Below, in pieces: positions 61,400 to 64,000 of a stretch of DNA of 64,000 bases. The notes under the pieces were generated by a model. That model did no database searches. It saw only the letters and a program-made list of their open reading frames with translations, and was not told the origin of the DNA. The DNA comes from Squalus acanthias (lineage: Eukaryota): assembly GCA_030390025.1 (NCBI GenBank), contig JASTWF010000346.1, forward strand, positions 1 through 64,000, read 5' to 3'. Position 1 is the first letter of the stretch; each line of letters starts with the position of its first letter. The position numbers were made by a program, and so were the translations under genes.

Positions 61400-62590
61400 T
61401 CGAGTTTCTGGGGGATTTTGCGAAGCCTACATCCCCCAGCCCTGCAGTACCTCTCTTCTACTGCCTTCATTTCCTACCCTTTCTGACTCCTCTTGTAGAA
61501 GCCCTGTCCATTGTGGCGGGGGAAACAGATTATGATAATTTCCCACCACATGTGGCTGGATCGGGCATCCTGGGTGCTCAGCTGGACAAGGGTACTAAGG
61601 CTGAGTCTGCCCTGTTGCCACCAGAAATCACCCAGGAATTGCTTGACCTGCTCGAAAAGGTAAAGAGAAACACCCCATCCGCTGGGTTGGTTGCTTGTGG
61701 TGGGGAAGGGGAGGGTGTGCTTTCCCCATCTCTGAGCGTGGTGCCAAGCGCCTTGGTGGAACTAGGAATGATCTTGCTCCCTGTTTCACCTTACAGCCTG
61801 GGGCCTGAGCTACACTGCTTGGAGGCATGGGAAGGCCCTGGACCACTGTCGCCCTTTGCCCCTGATCCCTCGGAGGAGCCTAAGGAGGACTTCCCTGCCG
61901 AGCATCCTGGGGGTGGCATCCTTGCAGAGGTAGAGCCGGTTGGAACGGCCTATCCAGTAGCTGCACTCTCTGCGGTGGGTGGTTCAGTCTCAGTCGGCAG
62001 TGACATGGAGGAAGATGGCGACTCGGTGGGCACCAGGGACAATTTAGAGTCCATCGCCAGTGAGGCAGTGGATTCCCTAGTGCCCCCGACCAAGTCCCCC
62101 ATCATCCCCATTGAGGAACTCCAGGAATTTCTTGGAAGTAACTGTTATCGCTGCAACAGGTATAGCTGGCCATCGACCATTGGTCAGAGCTGGCGTTGCT
62201 CATCCAGTCCATCTGCACGCCATCAAAACCTTGGCCGCGGGCGAGGATGTTGACTGGGGTGGGCTGTGCTGGGCTCCTGAGGGAGTTGAGGTCAGGTAGT
62301 GGCCCCACTTCCCCATCATATTATTGGTGTTTTGGCCAAGGTTGCACTCTGCTTTTGTCATGAAGATAGCCATAGCCAGCCTCAACATTAATGGCAGCAC
62401 AGAGGCCTGCCACAGATGCAACAACTTTTTAGTTCTTTGGGAAGGGAAGTATGTGGTGTGCATCCTGCAGGAAACCCACGCCATTCCGGGAGACAAATCC
62501 AAATGGATCCTGGAGTGGGGTCTACATAAATCACCTCGCCACGTCTTCAAGCAGGGAGGTTATCTTGTTGGCCCCACATTTTCAGTTTTA
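61400..62590 (+). mobile_element. Degenerate L1/Tx1-clade LINE fragment (ORF1 C-terminus and start of ORF2 endonuclease)
   Basis: MKIAIASLNINGS...CILQETH at ~62360-62480 is an APE N-terminus. It is preceded by the acidic/Pro-rich ORF 61513..62253. Confidence 0.6.
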
Positions 62591-62984
62591 TATCTTGGGG
62601 GCACTGTTGCCTCTAAGGTGCACGGGTGCGTGCGCACTAAACCCGAGCTCATGCGCAGTTGATTTGAAATGCCGCACAGAGAACTGGACAGCAACTGGAG
62701 TGGGAGAGGGGCCAATACACAATGGCCCCGGGAATCCAGACAGACTCGTTTGTGAGTCTTGTGACCTCAGAGCCAATCGCAATTGCAGCTCTTGAAGTGT
62801 GTGTTCTGATGGTTGATGGGTTGCTGTGTAACGCCGGATTTGGTTTTCTCCCTTGAACTTTGAGCGGGACAGCGTATACCGGAGCCGCGCATGCGCAGTA
62901 TCCAGTTGGACCACGCTTTCATCGGCTCCATGCAGAGGTCAGGGGATCCATTCGTGGCAGGTGGGGTGAAGATCAAGGATCAAA

Positions 62985-63900
62985 ATGGGAGAGAGAGGGA
63001 ATCGGAGGATGGAGACTGAGGTAGAGGGGGAGGGAGACTAGGGGAGAGGGAGAGACTGGGGGAGAGGGGGAGGGAGACTGGGGGAGAGACAGAGAGAGAC
63101 TGGGGGGAGAGAGAGAGAACGTAAGAACATAAGAAATAGGAGTAGGAGCAGGCCATTTGGCCCCTCGAGCCTGCTCCGCCATTCAATAAGATCATGGCTG
63201 ATCTTCTACCTCAACTCCACTTTCCTGCACTATCCCCATATCCCTTGATTCCCTTAATATCTAAAAATATATCGATCTCTGTCTTGAATATACTCAATGA
63301 CTGAGCCTCCACAGCCCTCTGGGGTAGAGAATTTCAAAGATTCACCACCCTCTGAGTGAAGAAATTTCTCCTTATCTCAGTCCTACTGGGAGAGAGAGAG
63401 ACTGGGGAGAGAGACAGGGAGAGAGAGAGAGAGACAGGGGGGGAGAGAGAGACTGGGGGGAAAGAGAGAGAGAGACTGGGGGGAGAGAGACTGGGGAGAG
63501 AGAGAGACTGGGGAGAGAGTGAGACTGGGGAGAGAGAGAGAGAGACTGGGAGAGAGAGAGAGACTGGGGAGAGAGAGAGACTGGGGAGAGAGAGAGAGAC
63601 TGGGGGGAGAGAGAGAGAGACTAGGGAGAGAGAGAGACTGGGGAGAGAGAGAGAGACTGGGGAGAGAGAGAGAGACTGGGGAGAGAGAGACTGGGAGAGA
63701 GAGAGAGAGACTGGGAGAGAGAGAGACTGGGCGAGAGAGAGAGAGACTGGGAGAGAGAGACTGGGAGAGAGAGAGAGAGACAGGGAGAGAGAGAGAGAGA
63801 CTGGGGAGAGAGAGAGACTGGGGAGAGAGAGAGACTGGGGGAGAGAGAGAGAATGAGACTTGGGGAACAGAGAGGGACAGAGAGAGAGGGACAGAGAGTG
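62985..63900. repeat. GA-rich compound microsatellite (gagagagactgggga)n, interrupted by a CR1 3' fragment (~63116-63383, - strand)
   Basis: Directly visible. The CR1 piece encodes RTEIRRNFFTQRVVNL on -. Confidence 0.9.
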
Positions 63901-64000
63901 GGGTAAGGTTCCAGACGCGTGTAGTCGTTCCCAGGGACTGAGCAGCGGTCGTACTTTGGAACAACACAGGTGGAGGCGTAGCACATGTGCAATGGCCGCT

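Noticed and set aside
63334..63992. SL- and RE-rich ORFs
   Set aside because: Translations of the GA microsatellite.

Overview
Vertebrate genomic DNA, very probably from a shark or other chondrichthyan, judging by the Deu-type SINE, the CR1/L2/RTE/Penelope repeat mix and the style of the B30.2 exons. Most of the window is transposable element or tandem repeat. The only host-gene pieces I can support are on the + strand and look like the 3' end of a butyrophilin-like (or TRIM-like) gene. They are a 27-nt phase-1 micro-exon (663-689), an intact B30.2/PRY-SPRY terminal exon (26990-27522), a second 27-nt micro-exon (47983-48009) and a second, divergent, intact B30.2 terminal exon (51188-51711). 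All four are splice-phase compatible and I see no Ig, TM or RING exons between them, so one gene may switch between two B30.2 domains. A duplicated intronic block (~1671-7733 vs ~22701-26731) suggests a third cassette that lost its exon. The other main feature is an apparently intact 4.37-kb autonomous PIF/Harbinger transposon (38232-42596) inserted into a ~85-copy 59-bp satellite. It has TIRs, an ATA TSD, a 386-aa DDE transposase and a convergent 3-exon Myb/SANT gene whose first intron holds a 54-bp repeat array. Also present are a degraded nested Harbinger, Harbinger-type MITEs, two solo LTRs, a Penelope-derived 82-bp-arm palindrome with a hammerhead-like core, and several minisatellites. 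Repeat boundaries were read by eye and are approximate unless junction sequences are quoted.
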